From Kiritimatiellia bacterium (GTDB taxonomy: Bacteria; Verrucomicrobiota; Kiritimatiellia; UBA8416): 54,437 bases of DNA. The translations under genes were made by a program, and so were the position numbers. The notes under the pieces are model-generated. The model was not told the DNA's origin. It saw nothing but the letters and a program-made list of their open reading frames with translations, and searched no databases. The stretch covers positions 1-54,437 of the forward strand of contig JBLRXB010000001.1 of NCBI GenBank assembly GCA_047920915.1. Direction: 5' to 3'. Position 1 is the first letter of the stretch. The number at the start of each line of letters is the position of its first letter. This document shows positions 28,772-39,181 of this stretch, in pieces.

Positions 28772-29767
28772 TTATTTCATGTTTTCAAGCAGGGACGGAT
28801 CAATGGCTACTCCCAATCCTAACCCTAACTCTTCCAGTTTGGCCTTGATCTCATTCAACGACTTCTTGCCAAAATTGCGATACTTGAGCATATCCTGCTC
28901 CGTTTTCATCGCCAACTCGCCCACCGTCGTGATGTTGGCATTGTTCAGGCAATTGGCAGCACGCACACTCAACTCTATCTCGTTGACACTCATGTTGAGC
29001 TTACGACGCAGCTCTTCCTGCGAAGAACTCTCTTCCTCTGTGCCCTCTTCAAATTCAATTTCCTTGTCATCATACTGCACAAACACATCCAGATGATGCG
29101 CAAGAATCGCGGCCGACAGGCGCAACGCCTCTTCTGGGCGTACGCGACCATCTGTCCAGATATCCATGATAAGCTTATCATAATCCGTCCGCTGTCCGAC
29201 GCGCGTATTGCCCGTCTCGAAATTCACCCGGCGTACCGGCGAAAAAGCAGCATCGACAGGTATCAATCCGATTTCCTGCTGGGGCTTTTTATTCCACTCG
29301 GAAGGCCGATAACCACGACCAACCTCAACCGTCAGCTCCATGGAAAGCGTCTTGGCATCTGAGATCGTGGCAATCCGAAGATCCGGATTCAGAATCGTAC
29401 CATAATCACCAATCTGAATATCGCTCGCTTTTACCTCGCCCGGACCCGAAACTGACAAATACAGCACACGCGTCTCGCGTACCTCAGTCTGTATCAACAC
29501 CTTTTTCAAATTTAATATGATATCCGTCACATCTTCCAGAACACCTTCAATCGCGCAAAACTCATGATCGGCACCCTCAATGCGAACCGCCGTTATCGCA
29601 ACGCCTTCGATCGACGACAATAATACCCGACGCAAGGAATTTCCGATTGTTCGCGCATAACCAATTTCGAACGGCTCGGCGACAAACCGCGCATATTCGG
29701 ACGTCGCGGTTTTATCATCCCGCACCACTTGACTGGGCTTTTCAAATTTGCTGACTCGTATGGGCAT
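28772..29767 (-). CDS. rpoA: DNA-directed RNA polymerase subunit alpha
   Basis: FVAEPFEIGYARTIGNSLRRVLLSSIEG N-terminal domain. C-terminal domain ELSVRAANCLNNANITTVGEL. Confidence 0.97.
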   Translation of the reverse strand: MPIRVSKFEKPSQVVRDDKTATSEYARFVAEPFEIGYARTIGNSLRRVLLSSIEGVAITAVRIEGADHEFCAIEGVLEDVTDIILNLKKVLIQTEVRETRVLYLSVSGPGEVKASDIQIGDYGTILNPDLRIATISDAKTLSMELTVEVGRGYRPSEWNKKPQQEIGLIPVDAAFSPVRRVNFETGNTRVGQRTDYDKLIMDIWTDGRVRPEEALRLSAAILAHHLDVFVQYDDKEIEFEEGTEEESSSQEELRRKLNMSVNEIELSVRAANCLNNANITTVGELAMKTEQDMLKYRNFGKKSLNEIKAKLEELGLGLGVAIDPSLLENMK

Positions 29768-29849
29768 TGCTGTTTCCCCTTATTTATTCCGTCCGCCCGA
29801 CGGGCATCCATTGTGTGAATTCAAGTTACCTAAACCGACTGAAACTGCC

Positions 29850-30326
29850 TTAAACCCGACGACGCTTGCGCGGGCGGCAACCATTGTGAGGAACAGGTGT
29901 GATATCCTGAATCGCCGTCACACTTAAACCGGCCGACTGCAAACCACGAACCGCGCTCTCACGTCCGGCTCCCGCACCCTGCAGACGAACCTCCACTTCG
30001 TGCATCCCCTTGGAAGCCGCCACACGACCAGCCTCCTGCGCAACCAAGGTGGCGGCAAATGCCGTGCTCTTGCGCGAACCCTTGAAACCTGCCCGACCCG
30101 CGCTGCTCCACGCAATCACACCACCCTTGGGGTCACTGATCGCTACCTGCGTATTATTGAAACTCGCCCGAATGTGCGCAATACCAACCGGAATACCGCG
30201 ACCTTTCAACTTCGCCCGCTTCACCGGCTCCACCACCGCGGCAGGATCTGCCAGCGGATCATCATTGCGCGAAACATCTTCCGCTACTTTAACATCCGCA
30301 ACTTCTTTCTCAATCTCTTCAGCCAT
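29850..30326 (-). CDS. rpsK: 30S ribosomal protein S11 (with acidic N-terminal extension of about 30 aa)
   Basis: GIAHIRASFNNTQVAISDPKGGVIAWSSAG...KGSRKSTAFAA...PHNGCRPRKRRRV. Confidence 0.95.
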   Translation of the reverse strand: MAEEIEKEVADVKVAEDVSRNDDPLADPAAVVEPVKRAKLKGRGIPVGIAHIRASFNNTQVAISDPKGGVIAWSSAGRAGFKGSRKSTAFAATLVAQEAGRVAASKGMHEVEVRLQGAGAGRESAVRGLQSAGLSVTAIQDITPVPHNGCRPRKRRRV

Positions 30327-30364
30327 GCCTGCTCTCCTTCAGAACCGCTTACGAAAAACGACTG

Positions 30365-30760
30365 TTACTTCTTTGCTGCTGCACGCGCGTCTTTGCCACG
30401 TACCGCACCCACCGTACGACGAGGCCCCTTGCGCGTCCGCGCATTCGTACTCGTGCGCTGCCCCCGTACCGGCAATCCGCGCCGATGCCGCAACCCACGA
30501 TAGCTACCAATACTGATCAAACGCCGAATATTACCGGTAACCTCACGACGCATATCACCTTCAACACGATAACCATTCTGGATAACATCAATCAAACGAC
30601 GCAACTCTTCCGGCGTTAAATCATCCGCCTTCTTCGTCGCCTCAATCCCGGCCTTCGCAATAATCTCTGCCGATAACGTCGGACCGACCCCGTAAATGTA
30701 ACGCAGCGAATACAAAATCTGCTTCCGCCCAGGAATATCCACACCTAATACTCTCGGCAT
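30365..30760 (-). CDS. rpsM: 30S ribosomal protein S13
   Basis: MPRVLGVDIPGRKQILYSLRYIYGVG... is canonical S13. Confidence 0.96.
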   Translation of the reverse strand: MPRVLGVDIPGRKQILYSLRYIYGVGPTLSAEIIAKAGIEATKKADDLTPEELRRLIDVIQNGYRVEGDMRREVTGNIRRLISIGSYRGLRHRRGLPVRGQRTSTNARTRKGPRRTVGAVRGKDARAAAKK

Positions 30761-30799
30761 AACAACCGCTCCTTATGTTCCTCGATAAACTGCTAAAAA

Positions 30800-30913
30800 C
30801 TAACCCTGACGCTGCTTGTGCCGCGGATTCGTGCAGATCACACGAACCACACCACGGCGCTTGATCACGCGGCACTGCTCACACATTCTTCTTACTGAAG
30901 CTCTTACTTTCAT
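30800..30913 (-). CDS. rpmJ: 50S ribosomal protein L36 (zinc-ribbon C+ form, 37 aa)
   Basis: Hand translation of the minus strand gives [37 protein letters not shown]. Below the 60-aa ORF-track cutoff. Canonical position before rpsM. Confidence 0.9.
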   Translation of the reverse strand: MKVRASVRRMCEQCRVIKRRGVVRVICTNPRHKQRQG

Positions 30914-30985
30914 GACCGAACCCTCTACTTATCTCCAAAAAGCCAGACAATCTAACCCATCTGATCGCATCCGTCTACTAAAAAC

Positions 30986-31732
30986 TTACCCCTTGGTGAG
31001 AATTTCAACACCATCCCCGCCAATCGCTATCGTATGCTCAAAATGAGCCGATGGCTTACCGTCACGCGCAACCACGGTCCAACCATCTGCCAATACCCGC
31101 GTCGATGCTCGCCCCTTATTAACCATCGGCTCAATCGCCAACGTCATCCCCCGTCGCAAAATCGGACCACGACCAGCCCGTCCATAATTCGGAATTTGCG
31201 GATCCTCGTGCAAGGCACGACCAATACCATGCCCCACAAAGTCCCGCACAACCGAAAAACCTGCCCCCTCAACTGTCTTTTGGATCGCATGCGAGATGTC
31301 CGAAAGCCGCCCGCCTTCCTGCGCTTGCGCAAGTCCGTCGTAAAGCGACTTCTCCGTCACCCGCACCATACGAATCAATTCCGGATCCGTCACGCCCACC
31401 AAAACAGTTGTCGCCGTATCACCATAAAAACCATCTAGCAATACACCAAAATCCAAACTAACCACATCACCGATCGCAAGCACACGGGAACCAGGAATCC
31501 CATGCACAACCTCATCGTTAACCGAGATGCAAATCTTTCCCGGAAACCCATGATACCCGAGAAATGCACACGACGCCCCTTCGCCCGAAATCAAATCCCC
31601 CGCATAATCCGCAAGCTCACCCGTCGTAACCCCTGGCGAAACCGATGCCTTCACCTTGTCACGCACGACTGCCGCCAAATGACAGCTCGCACGCATCGCC
31701 TCGAGCTCAAACGCCCGCTTTACTACAATCAT
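30986..31732 (-). CDS. map: type I methionine aminopeptidase
   Basis: VVHGIPG, DFGVLLDGFYGD, HGIGR, EPM and HFEHT metal-ligand contexts. ATG 31732 (MIVVKRAFELEAMR) preferred over TTG 31756. Confidence 0.92.
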   Translation of the reverse strand: MIVVKRAFELEAMRASCHLAAVVRDKVKASVSPGVTTGELADYAGDLISGEGASCAFLGYHGFPGKICISVNDEVVHGIPGSRVLAIGDVVSLDFGVLLDGFYGDTATTVLVGVTDPELIRMVRVTEKSLYDGLAQAQEGGRLSDISHAIQKTVEGAGFSVVRDFVGHGIGRALHEDPQIPNYGRAGRGPILRRGMTLAIEPMVNKGRASTRVLADGWTVVARDGKPSAHFEHTIAIGGDGVEILTKG

Positions 31733-31762
31733 GCCTGAAACCCGCCTATACACCAAAAAACA

Positions 31763-33118
31763 TTAGCCCCGACGCCCGCGAATGCGGTTGCCGCGCTCCA
31801 GAAACCCGTCATAGTGGTGCATGACAAGATGAGATTCAATTTGCCGAACCGTATCCAGAATGACGCCCACCATAATCAGCAAACTTGTTCCACCCAAAAA
31901 TCGCGCTACCATCGGCGGTACCCGCAAGTATTGCGCCAGAAGATCCGGCAATATCGCGATGGCTGTCAGAAAAACCGCGCCCGCCAACGTTAACCGCGTC
32001 ATCGTATTATCAAGAAAATCTGCCGTGGAACGCCCCGGACGAACGCCGGGAACATAACCGCCACTCTTCTTAAGATCATCCGCAATCTGAAGCGGGTTAA
32101 ACTGCGTTGCAACCCAGAAATACGAGAAAAACAGGATCATCAGACCAAAGACCACCAGATACAGCGGCTGCCCACCCTGCAACATCGCACCGACCTGCCG
32201 CGTCGCAGGAATACGCAGCAATAACGCCGCCGGAAAAATAATAATCGCCGAAGCAAAGATAATCGGCATAACCCCCGAGTAATTCACACGCAAGGGCATA
32301 TACGTATTCTGGCCTCCGTACACTTTCTTGCCAACCACACGGCGCGTTGTATGAATCGGAATTTTACGAACACCCTCGGTCAACAAAACCGTAGCTGCCG
32401 TCACCAAAAAAATCATCGCAAGCAAAAACGTCAATTCGAAAGGTCCATGCGTCGCATGCCCCGCAACCGGCGTAAACAAAGCAATCGACTCCCCAACCGC
32501 TAACGGCAAATCACTGATGATGTTGATCGTAATAACAAGCGATATGCCATTACCAATACCACGCTCCGTGATCTGCTCACCAAGCCACATCATCAACATC
32601 GTTCCCGTCGTAACAGTGAGCACGGTCACAAAACGAAAACCCCAACCAGCTATTGCTGGCGATACAATCTGATCCCCGCCAGCAATCTCCCCAAAACCGC
32701 GCTCCAACGTCAGCGCCAGCAAAAAACCCTGCACCAGACAAATAGCCAATGTCAAATAACGCGTATATTGCGTTATTTTTGCCCGCCCGGTATCACCCTC
32801 GCGCGACAACCGCTCCAGTTGCGGAATAATGGCCGTCATCAACTGGATGATAATCGAGGCACTGATGTACGGCATGATGCCAAGCGCACCAACCGCACTA
32901 CGCCCCAGTGCGCCCCCGCTGAACATATTGATCATGCCGATCAGACCACCGCCAAACTGATCACGGATCGCATCCATTACGCGCTGCAAAGCCGCTGCGT
33001 TTACGCCCGGCGTCGGTACCAGCGCAAGTACGCGACAAATGAATACCAACCCCAGCGTAAACAAAATACGCTGCCGCAATTCAGGAATCTTGAAACAATT
33101 GGCGAAAGTCTTCAACAT
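31763..33118 (-). CDS. secY: preprotein translocase subunit SecY
   Basis: Ten-TM profile. Sequence similarity includes GIMPYISASII and GYVPGVRPG. Operon position. Confidence 0.96.
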   Translation of the reverse strand: MLKTFANCFKIPELRQRILFTLGLVFICRVLALVPTPGVNAAALQRVMDAIRDQFGGGLIGMINMFSGGALGRSAVGALGIMPYISASIIIQLMTAIIPQLERLSREGDTGRAKITQYTRYLTLAICLVQGFLLALTLERGFGEIAGGDQIVSPAIAGWGFRFVTVLTVTTGTMLMMWLGEQITERGIGNGISLVITINIISDLPLAVGESIALFTPVAGHATHGPFELTFLLAMIFLVTAATVLLTEGVRKIPIHTTRRVVGKKVYGGQNTYMPLRVNYSGVMPIIFASAIIIFPAALLLRIPATRQVGAMLQGGQPLYLVVFGLMILFFSYFWVATQFNPLQIADDLKKSGGYVPGVRPGRSTADFLDNTMTRLTLAGAVFLTAIAILPDLLAQYLRVPPMVARFLGGTSLLIMVGVILDTVRQIESHLVMHHYDGFLERGNRIRGRRG

Positions 33119-33123
33119 CGTCT

Positions 33124-33564
33124 TTATTCCGTTTCGCAGCTTCCGCCTGCAGCTTCGATCTTTGCTTTGGCTGCAGCACTGAAAGAGGTGGCCTTCACCG
33201 TCAACTTGCGCCCGAGATCACCCCGGCCCAGAACCTTGATGCCGTCAAATGATCCATTCGCCAACCCGACGCGCTTCAATGCTGCCGCATCAACGACATC
33301 ACCATCCGCAAAACGCTCCAGCGAGCCCACATTAACACCCACATATTCCTTGCGAGTCGGATTCTTGAAACCGCGCTTCGGCAAACGCCGAATCAAGGGC
33401 ATCTGGCCACCTTCAAACGCCAGCTTGCGCTTGTGACCCTTGCGCGCCATCTGCCCCTTATGCCCCTTACCGCTCGTCTTGCCCTTGCCCGATGCCATTC
33501 CACGACCAAGACGCTTCGCACGATGGCGCGCCCCTGGGGTCTTGCTTAATGAATGTAAATCCAT
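33124..33564 (-). CDS. rplO: 50S ribosomal protein L15
   Basis: GRGMASGKGKTSGKGHKGQ... is a typical L15 Gly/Lys-rich N-terminus. Confidence 0.95.
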   Translation of the reverse strand: MDLHSLSKTPGARHRAKRLGRGMASGKGKTSGKGHKGQMARKGHKRKLAFEGGQMPLIRRLPKRGFKNPTRKEYVGVNVGSLERFADGDVVDAAALKRVGLANGSFDGIKVLGRGDLGRKLTVKATSFSAAAKAKIEAAGGSCETE

Positions 33565-33596
33565 GATCCTGCTCCTTAAAATCCGCTATGGGACGT

Positions 33597-34088
33597 TCAA
33601 ACAACCAGATCACGTACACGAGCGATCTCATCCCGCGAACGTAACTGGCTCAATGCATCAACGGTTGCTTTTACAACATTCACCTTGTTATTGCTACCAA
33701 GGGATTTTGCCAAAATATCGCGGTAACCAGCTACTTCAAGCACCGCACGAACCCCGCCACCTGCAATAACACCCGTACCAGGGGCAGCTGGACGCAACAA
33801 CACCTGTGCACCATCAAAATTACCAATAACCTCATGCGGAATCGTCCGCTCCTTCATCCGGACGGCAAACAAGGACTTCTTCGCAATGTCGCCACCCTTG
33901 CTAATCGCATCCGAAACCTCATTGGCCTTGCCAAATCCGTAACCGATCATACCATCGCGATTCCCGACAACAACAATTGCGCTGAAACTGAAACGGCGAC
34001 CACCCTTTACGACCTTCGAACAACGGTTGACAAATACAACCCGCTCCTCCAAGTCACTCTTCGGTGCATTCTCTTTCACGTCCGTCAT
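33597..34088 (-). CDS. rpsE: 30S ribosomal protein S5
   Basis: [27 protein letters not shown]...[10 protein letters not shown]. Confidence 0.96.
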   Translation of the reverse strand: MTDVKENAPKSDLEERVVFVNRCSKVVKGGRRFSFSAIVVVGNRDGMIGYGFGKANEVSDAISKGGDIAKKSLFAVRMKERTIPHEVIGNFDGAQVLLRPAAPGTGVIAGGGVRAVLEVAGYRDILAKSLGSNNKVNVVKATVDALSQLRSRDEIARVRDLVV

Positions 34089-34090
34089 GC

Positions 34091-34450
34091 TTAATTCGCC
34101 TCCTTACCATTCGATAAACCGGACGCCAGAACACCATCGACGATCGCCCGTACCCGACCATGAAAGCGAAACCCGCCCCGGTCAGTTACAAAACGCGTGA
34201 TGCCCGCTTCCTTGGCAACAACCCCTAAACGTTCCCCCAGAGCTTGTGCGCTAGCAACCGTCGGGTTCCCCTCTTGTAAACTATCAGCAGACGCTAGCGT
34301 CCGCCCCTCCGTATCATCAACCAACTGCGCATACATGCTGCGGTTCGAAACCATGATGGACAACCGCGGACATACCGCCGTGCCGCTGACGCGCTTGCGT
34401 ATACGCTTATGCCGCTGCAAGCGTGAACTCTTTCGGGACTGTACTTTCAT
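34091..34450 (-). CDS. rplR: 50S ribosomal protein L18
   Basis: [37 protein letters not shown] 34450 lies 6 nt after AGGAG. The ORF track uses upstream TTG 34468. Confidence 0.93.
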   Translation of the reverse strand: MKVQSRKSSRLQRHKRIRKRVSGTAVCPRLSIMVSNRSMYAQLVDDTEGRTLASADSLQEGNPTVASAQALGERLGVVAKEAGITRFVTDRGGFRFHGRVRAIVDGVLASGLSNGKEAN

Positions 34451-34474
34451 CTTCAACTCCTGCTTCAAAAAAAA

Positions 34475-35005
34475 CTAGGCAACCGTCTTGCCTTCCTTAC
34501 GCCTGATGCGCTCACCCTTGTACTGAACACCCTTGCCCTTGTAAGGCTCAGCAGGATAGTAAGACCGGATCCGCGCAGCCACATTACCAACCTGCTGCTT
34601 GTCTATCCCCGACACCGTAATCTCTGTGTTGTTGTTCACCGCTACGGTTACCGTCTCAGGAACCGTATACTCCACCGGTGAGGCAAAACCAAGAGACATG
34701 CTCAGCGTACGACCATTCAGTGCCGCACGAAAACCAACACCATTGATGACCAAATCCTTGCGATACCCCTCTGTCACACCCGTTACCATGTTGGCAATCA
34801 AACTGCGTACCAGCCCGTGTACCGCACGAAAACGATCCGCAATACGCTTCACCTGAATTTCCTGCTCGACCTGCTCAACAAGAACACCTTCGGGAAGCTG
34901 CAACTGCAACGCACCTTTCGGCCCGCTAACATCCAACACCCCGCCATCCAACGCAACCTTCACCCCTGCGGGCAACTGTACTGGTTGTAATCCAATTCTG
35001 GACAT
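34475..35005 (-). CDS. rplF: 50S ribosomal protein L6
   Basis: MSRIGLQPVQLPAGVKVALDG... is a canonical L6 start at ATG 35005. The longer ORF would overlap rpsH. Confidence 0.94.
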   Translation of the reverse strand: MSRIGLQPVQLPAGVKVALDGGVLDVSGPKGALQLQLPEGVLVEQVEQEIQVKRIADRFRAVHGLVRSLIANMVTGVTEGYRKDLVINGVGFRAALNGRTLSMSLGFASPVEYTVPETVTVAVNNNTEITVSGIDKQQVGNVAARIRSYYPAEPYKGKGVQYKGERIRRKEGKTVA

Positions 35006-35015
35006 TGTTCGCTCC

Positions 35016-35414
35016 TTACCAGATCGCACAAAGCAATTCGCCACCCGCGTTCCTTGCCCGTGCCTCCTTGTCCGTCATTAATCCCTGCGACGTGCTAACA
35101 ATCGCTACGCCCATGCCACCTAAAATACGCGGCAAATCAGCCGCCCGGCTGTATTTGCGCAATCCCGGCTTACTGATGCGACGCAAACCACGTATGGCCG
35201 GTGTCCGCCGTGCGCCATAACGCAGGAACACTGTCAAGGTGCTTTTACCGTCTACATCCTCCACCGCATAATCACGGACAAAACCCTCGGCTTTCAAAAC
35301 CCGAGCCACTTCCGCCTTCATCTTCGAACCAGGCATACTGACTCGGGCCTTACCCGTATCCACAGCATTCCGGATTCTGGTCAGCATATCCGATATTGGG
35401 TCTGCTACACTCAT
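35016..35414 (-). CDS. rpsH: 30S ribosomal protein S8
   Basis: MSVADPISDMLTRIRNA... is canonical S8. Confidence 0.96.
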   Translation of the reverse strand: MSVADPISDMLTRIRNAVDTGKARVSMPGSKMKAEVARVLKAEGFVRDYAVEDVDGKSTLTVFLRYGARRTPAIRGLRRISKPGLRKYSRAADLPRILGGMGVAIVSTSQGLMTDKEARARNAGGELLCAIW

Positions 35415-35426
35415 AGTCCTTACTCC

Positions 35427-35612
35427 CTACCAACTAGCCTTCGTGACGCCTGGAATCTGTCCCTGCGAGGCTAACTCGCGAAAACAAATACGGCACAGCT
35501 GAAACTTACGCATATACCCTCTTGAACGACCGCAACGATTGCAGCGATGGTACGTACGCACCTGGAACTTCGGCGTCCGCTTGGACTTTTCAATTAATGC
35601 TGTCTTAGCCAA
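35427..35612 (-). CDS. rpsZ: 30S ribosomal protein S14 type Z (zinc-binding, 61 aa)
   Basis: [19 protein letters not shown]...CNRCGR...CRICFRE. TTG start with GGAGG 7 nt upstream. Confidence 0.94.
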   Translation of the reverse strand: MAKTALIEKSKRTPKFQVRTYHRCNRCGRSRGYMRKFQLCRICFRELASQGQIPGVTKASW

Positions 35613-35635
35613 TGTCTTTCCTCCGTTTCAAATAA

Positions 35636-36169
35636 TCAGGATGCAAACGGCATCCCAAGCAACGCCAGCAACTCGCGCGCCGCATCATCTGTCTCTGCTG
35701 TCGTTACAATCGTGATGTCCATCCCTTGCGCTGCACCGGTGTGATTCGGATCAATCTCAGGGAAAATCGTCTGCTCCTTCAACCCCAACGTGTAATTACC
35801 GTTGCCGTCAAAACCCTTCTTCGAAACACCCCGAAAGTCCCGAATACGCGGTAAAGCAGCATTCATCAACCGCTCCAGAAAATCGTACATACGATCCGCA
35901 CGCAACGTGACCTTCGCACCAATGATCATCCCTTCCCGCAACTTGAAATTCGAGATGCTCTGCCGTGCCTTGCACGCCACCGCACGCTGGCCGGTTATCC
36001 GCCCAAGCTCCTCGATCAACCGCTTCTGGGTATCCTTGTCCACGATCCCCATGCCCATGTTCACAATCACCTTGCTCACACGCGGCACCATCATCGGATT
36101 ACCCACACCAAGCTTCTGCTTGAGCGCAGGCACCACATCCTTCTTATATTTCTCTTTTAAGTTCGCCAT
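35636..36169 (-). CDS. rplE: 50S ribosomal protein L5
   Basis: MANLKEKYKKDVVPALKQKLG... starts at ATG 36169, preceded by GAGGGGA. Confidence 0.95.
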   Translation of the reverse strand: MANLKEKYKKDVVPALKQKLGVGNPMMVPRVSKVIVNMGMGIVDKDTQKRLIEELGRITGQRAVACKARQSISNFKLREGMIIGAKVTLRADRMYDFLERLMNAALPRIRDFRGVSKKGFDGNGNYTLGLKEQTIFPEIDPNHTGAAQGMDITIVTTAETDDAARELLALLGMPFAS

Positions 36170-36176
36170 GATCCCC

Positions 36177-36494
36177 TCAATCAAATACGTGACTTCCTGC
36201 TCTACTCTTGCGCACCCGCCGATCACCATCTACCACCCGCGCAACGCGAACCCCCTTCTTCGCGCTTGGATCATAAGGCATCAGATTCGATAATGCGACG
36301 CCTCCCTCCCGATCAAGCATACCACCCTGCGGATGTTCACTGGAACGCTTAATCGTGCAACGACGAATGTTCAAACCCTCCACATACGCCCGACCCTTCA
36401 CCCGATCCACACGCAAAACCTTGCCCGTCTTGCCTGCATCTACGCCCGTGGTGATTACCACCTCGTCACCCTTTTTGATTCTACCGATACTCAC
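36177..36494 (-). CDS. rplX: 50S ribosomal protein L24
   Basis: KOW motif IKKGDEVVITTGVDAGKTGKV. GTG 36494 is preceded by AGGAAGGAAA. The longer ORF would overlap rplN by 29 nt. Confidence 0.88.
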   Translation of the reverse strand: MSIGRIKKGDEVVITTGVDAGKTGKVLRVDRVKGRAYVEGLNIRRCTIKRSSEHPQGGMLDREGGVALSNLMPYDPSAKKGVRVARVVDGDRRVRKSRAGSHVFD

Positions 36495-36519
36495 GTTCAA
36501 TTTCCTTCCTGCACGTCGC

Positions 36520-36885
36520 TTATAGAACTTCCTGTGCCAGTGATACAACCTTCATGAAATTCTTCTCGCGAAGCTCACGCGCCACCGGACCAAAAATACG
36601 CGATCCAATCGGATTCTTGTTGCCATCGATCAAAATCACGGCATTGTTATCAAAACGCAGAACCGAACCGTCGGTACGACGCACCGGATGCTTCGTACGA
36701 ACGATCAGTGCCGTGCATACTTGACCCTTCTTGATCGTGCCATTTGGCTGCGCCTCTTTGATGGCAACCTTGATGATGTCACCCACATGCGCATAACGCT
36801 TGCGCTGACCCAGCACCCGGAAACACATCGCCTTCCGGGCACCCGTGTTATCCGCTACCACAAGGTTTGTCTGCTCCATGATCAT
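36520..36885 (-). CDS. rplN: 50S ribosomal protein L14
   Basis: [18 protein letters not shown]... starts at ATG 36885 and overlaps the rpsQ stop (ATGA). Confidence 0.95.
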   Translation of the reverse strand: MIMEQTNLVVADNTGARKAMCFRVLGQRKRYAHVGDIIKVAIKEAQPNGTIKKGQVCTALIVRTKHPVRRTDGSVLRFDNNAVILIDGNKNPIGSRIFGPVARELREKNFMKVVSLAQEVL

Positions 36886-37178
36886 GCCTTCACCCCCGTG
36901 TCCAATAACACCGCCTTCTGCGTGACACGAACTACGCGCCAACGCTTCATCCGACTCATCGGACGCGACTCCATGATCGTGACCATGTCGCCCACACCAG
37001 CTTCATTGCGCTCGTCGTGCGCATGAAATCGAGTACGCTGACGCGTCGTCTTGCCATAAATCGGATGCGCCTTGCGCACTTCCGTCTCCACTACAACCGT
37101 CTTGTCACCGCTACGGCTCTTGACCACGCCGCTCATTGTCTTGCGACGCCCCCGCGTTGGTTTATCTTGCTCACCCAT
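36882..37178 (-). CDS. rpsQ: 30S ribosomal protein S17
   Basis: [18 protein letters not shown]...HPIYGK...HAHDE...GD.V.I.E.RP.S. is the S17 pattern. Confidence 0.94.
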   Translation of the reverse strand: MGEQDKPTRGRRKTMSGVVKSRSGDKTVVVETEVRKAHPIYGKTTRQRTRFHAHDERNEAGVGDMVTIMESRPMSRMKRWRVVRVTQKAVLLDTGVKA

Positions 37179-37377
37179 GACGCTGCTCTCTTTCCCGCTC
37201 TTTCATCACTGTCTGGATCCGGGCAATCGTACGACGCAATATACGCGCCAGTAACGGATTGCTGGCCTCATCTGCCACACCCTTCCGAACCTCAAGCTCA
37301 AACAACGCCTGCCGTTTCTCATCCAACAGGCCCAGCAACTCCTCTGTGCTGCGATCCCGAATCTCGGCTGCCTTCAT
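37171..37377 (-). CDS. rpmC: 50S ribosomal protein L29
   Basis: MKAAEIRDRSTEELLGLLDEKRQALFELE... is canonical L29. Confidence 0.93.
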   Translation of the reverse strand: MKAAEIRDRSTEELLGLLDEKRQALFELEVRKGVADEASNPLLARILRRTIARIQTVMKEREREQRHG

Positions 37378-37401
37378 GATTTTGTTCCCATTACCAATTC
37401 G

Positions 37402-37818
37402 TTAATTCTCGCCACGCTTCACCAGCCGCGTACGCAAACCCAGCTTGGCATCCGCCAAACGCAAGGCCGAACGCGCCATCGCCTCCGTCACACCACCGAT
37501 CTCGAATAACACGCGGCCCGGCTTTACAACAGCAACCCAATACTCCGGATTACCTTTACCCTTGCCCATACGTACTTCAATCGGCTTCGTCGTTATCGGT
37601 TTGTCAGGAAACACACGTATCCACAACTTACCACGACGCTTCATGTGGCGATTAATCGCTACACGGCACGCTTCAATCTGCGTCGCCTTCAACCAACCTC
37701 GATCCATCGTCTTCAAACCGTACTCACCGAACGCAACGGTCGCACCAGACTTGGTGAACCCCGCACGGCTTCCCTTCATCACCTTACGGTGCTTTGTCCT
37801 CTTTGGCATCAACGGCAT
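37402..37818 (-). CDS. rplP: 50S ribosomal protein L16
   Basis: [20 protein letters not shown]... is canonical L16. Confidence 0.96.
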   Translation of the reverse strand: MPLMPKRTKHRKVMKGSRAGFTKSGATVAFGEYGLKTMDRGWLKATQIEACRVAINRHMKRRGKLWIRVFPDKPITTKPIEVRMGKGKGNPEYWVAVVKPGRVLFEIGGVTEAMARSALRLADAKLGLRTRLVKRGEN

Positions 37819-37839
37819 TCTTGCACCGCTCCTCTCTTA

Positions 37840-38487
37840 TCACCTCTTAACTTTGACAGACTTATCCTCGGGCTTTTTGCAAATCCAAACCTTGACCCCG
37901 ATGCGACCCGCCGTCGTAGCTGCTTCCGCAAAACCATACTCGATATTCGCGCGCAGCGTGTGCAGAGGAATCCGACCCTCCTTGTCCCACGTCACACGCG
38001 CCAGTTCCGAACCACCCAAACGACCCGCTGTACGAATCTTGATCCCTTCCGCACCCAGATCCATAGCCATCTTGATCGCACGCTTCATCGCACGACGAAA
38101 CGAAACACGACGCTCCATCTGCAAGGCAATGTTCTCCGCCACTAACTGGGCATTACAGTCCGGATCACGAATCTCCTGGATCTCAATGTAAATCTCCTTG
38201 CCCGTAAACTTCGCAATCTGCTGGCGCATCTTCTCCAACTCTTGCCCCTTACGACCAAGCACCGCCCCCGGACGCGCCGTGTGCAAACTCACACGCACCC
38301 GATTCGCATAACGCTCGATATCAACACGCGCCAGTGATGCGCCCTCAAGGCGCTGCTTCACAACGTCACGGATCTTTAAATCCTCACTTAACAAAGTGCC
38401 ATACGTGCGCTTCGTCGCAAACCAGCGCGAACGCCAGTCTTTATCAACTGCTACACGCAGTCCTATCGGATTGATTTTTTGTCCCAA
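37840..38487 (-). CDS. rpsC: 30S ribosomal protein S3
   Basis: (M)GQKINPIGLRV... is a canonical S3 N-terminus. TTG start with AAGGAGGAG upstream. Confidence 0.96.
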   Translation of the reverse strand: MGQKINPIGLRVAVDKDWRSRWFATKRTYGTLLSEDLKIRDVVKQRLEGASLARVDIERYANRVRVSLHTARPGAVLGRKGQELEKMRQQIAKFTGKEIYIEIQEIRDPDCNAQLVAENIALQMERRVSFRRAMKRAIKMAMDLGAEGIKIRTAGRLGGSELARVTWDKEGRIPLHTLRANIEYGFAEAATTAGRIGVKVWICKKPEDKSVKVKR

Positions 38488-38535
38488 AACCTACTCCTCC
38501 TTGGGCAAGCGTCAAAAGCCCGTCTTTTTACCTAT

Positions 38536-38874
38536 TTATTCCTCGTCCGTCAAAACAATCTTGACGTGACACATCTTTTTCTCAATCCGGCTTACCATGC
38601 CACGCGCCCGCGGCCAGAATCGCTTCATCCGCGCACCCTCATCCACACGCGCCTCCTTGACACGCAAGGACTCCACCGGCAAATCCGCATTATTCTCGGC
38701 ATTCGCAATCGCGGACTTCAGGGTCTTCCCCAGATAATACGCCGCCTTGCGCTCGCTGACCGTTGTCATCTGCAACGCCTTGTCTACAGGCATCCCACGC
38801 ATCCGACGCGCCATGTCACGCACCTTCGTCGGCGATACCCGCACATTCTTGCTTATCGACTGAATTTCCATCAT
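38536..38874 (-). CDS. rplV: 50S ribosomal protein L22
   Basis: MMEIQSISKNVRVSPTKVRDMARRMRG. ATG 38874 follows GGGGAGAG. The ORF track uses TTG 38892. Confidence 0.92.
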   Translation of the reverse strand: MMEIQSISKNVRVSPTKVRDMARRMRGMPVDKALQMTTVSERKAAYYLGKTLKSAIANAENNADLPVESLRVKEARVDEGARMKRFWPRARGMVSRIEKKMCHVKIVLTDEE

Positions 38875-38893
38875 GCTCTCCCCGTCGCTCAAA

Positions 38894-39178
38894 CTACTTC
38901 AGCGAAACCGTCTTATCCGTATGCGAACCATGCCGACGAAATGCCCGCGTCGGCGCAAACTCTCCCAGACGATGACCCACCATGTTCTCCGTTATAAAAA
39001 CAGAAATATGCTGCTTGCCATTATGAATGCCCATTGTGTGACCCACAAATTCCGGCAGTATCATCGACCGCCGCGACCAGGTCTTGAAAGGACGACGATC
39101 TCCTGAACGATTCATCCGCTCGACTTTTTCCATCAGCTTGGGGTCAACATACGGACCCTTTTTAATTGAACGTGCCAT
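38894..39178 (-). CDS. rpsS: 30S ribosomal protein S19
   Basis: [15 protein letters not shown]...[10 protein letters not shown] is canonical S19. Confidence 0.96.
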   Translation of the reverse strand: MARSIKKGPYVDPKLMEKVERMNRSGDRRPFKTWSRRSMILPEFVGHTMGIHNGKQHISVFITENMVGHRLGEFAPTRAFRRHGSHTDKTVSLK

Positions 39179-39181
39179 ATG

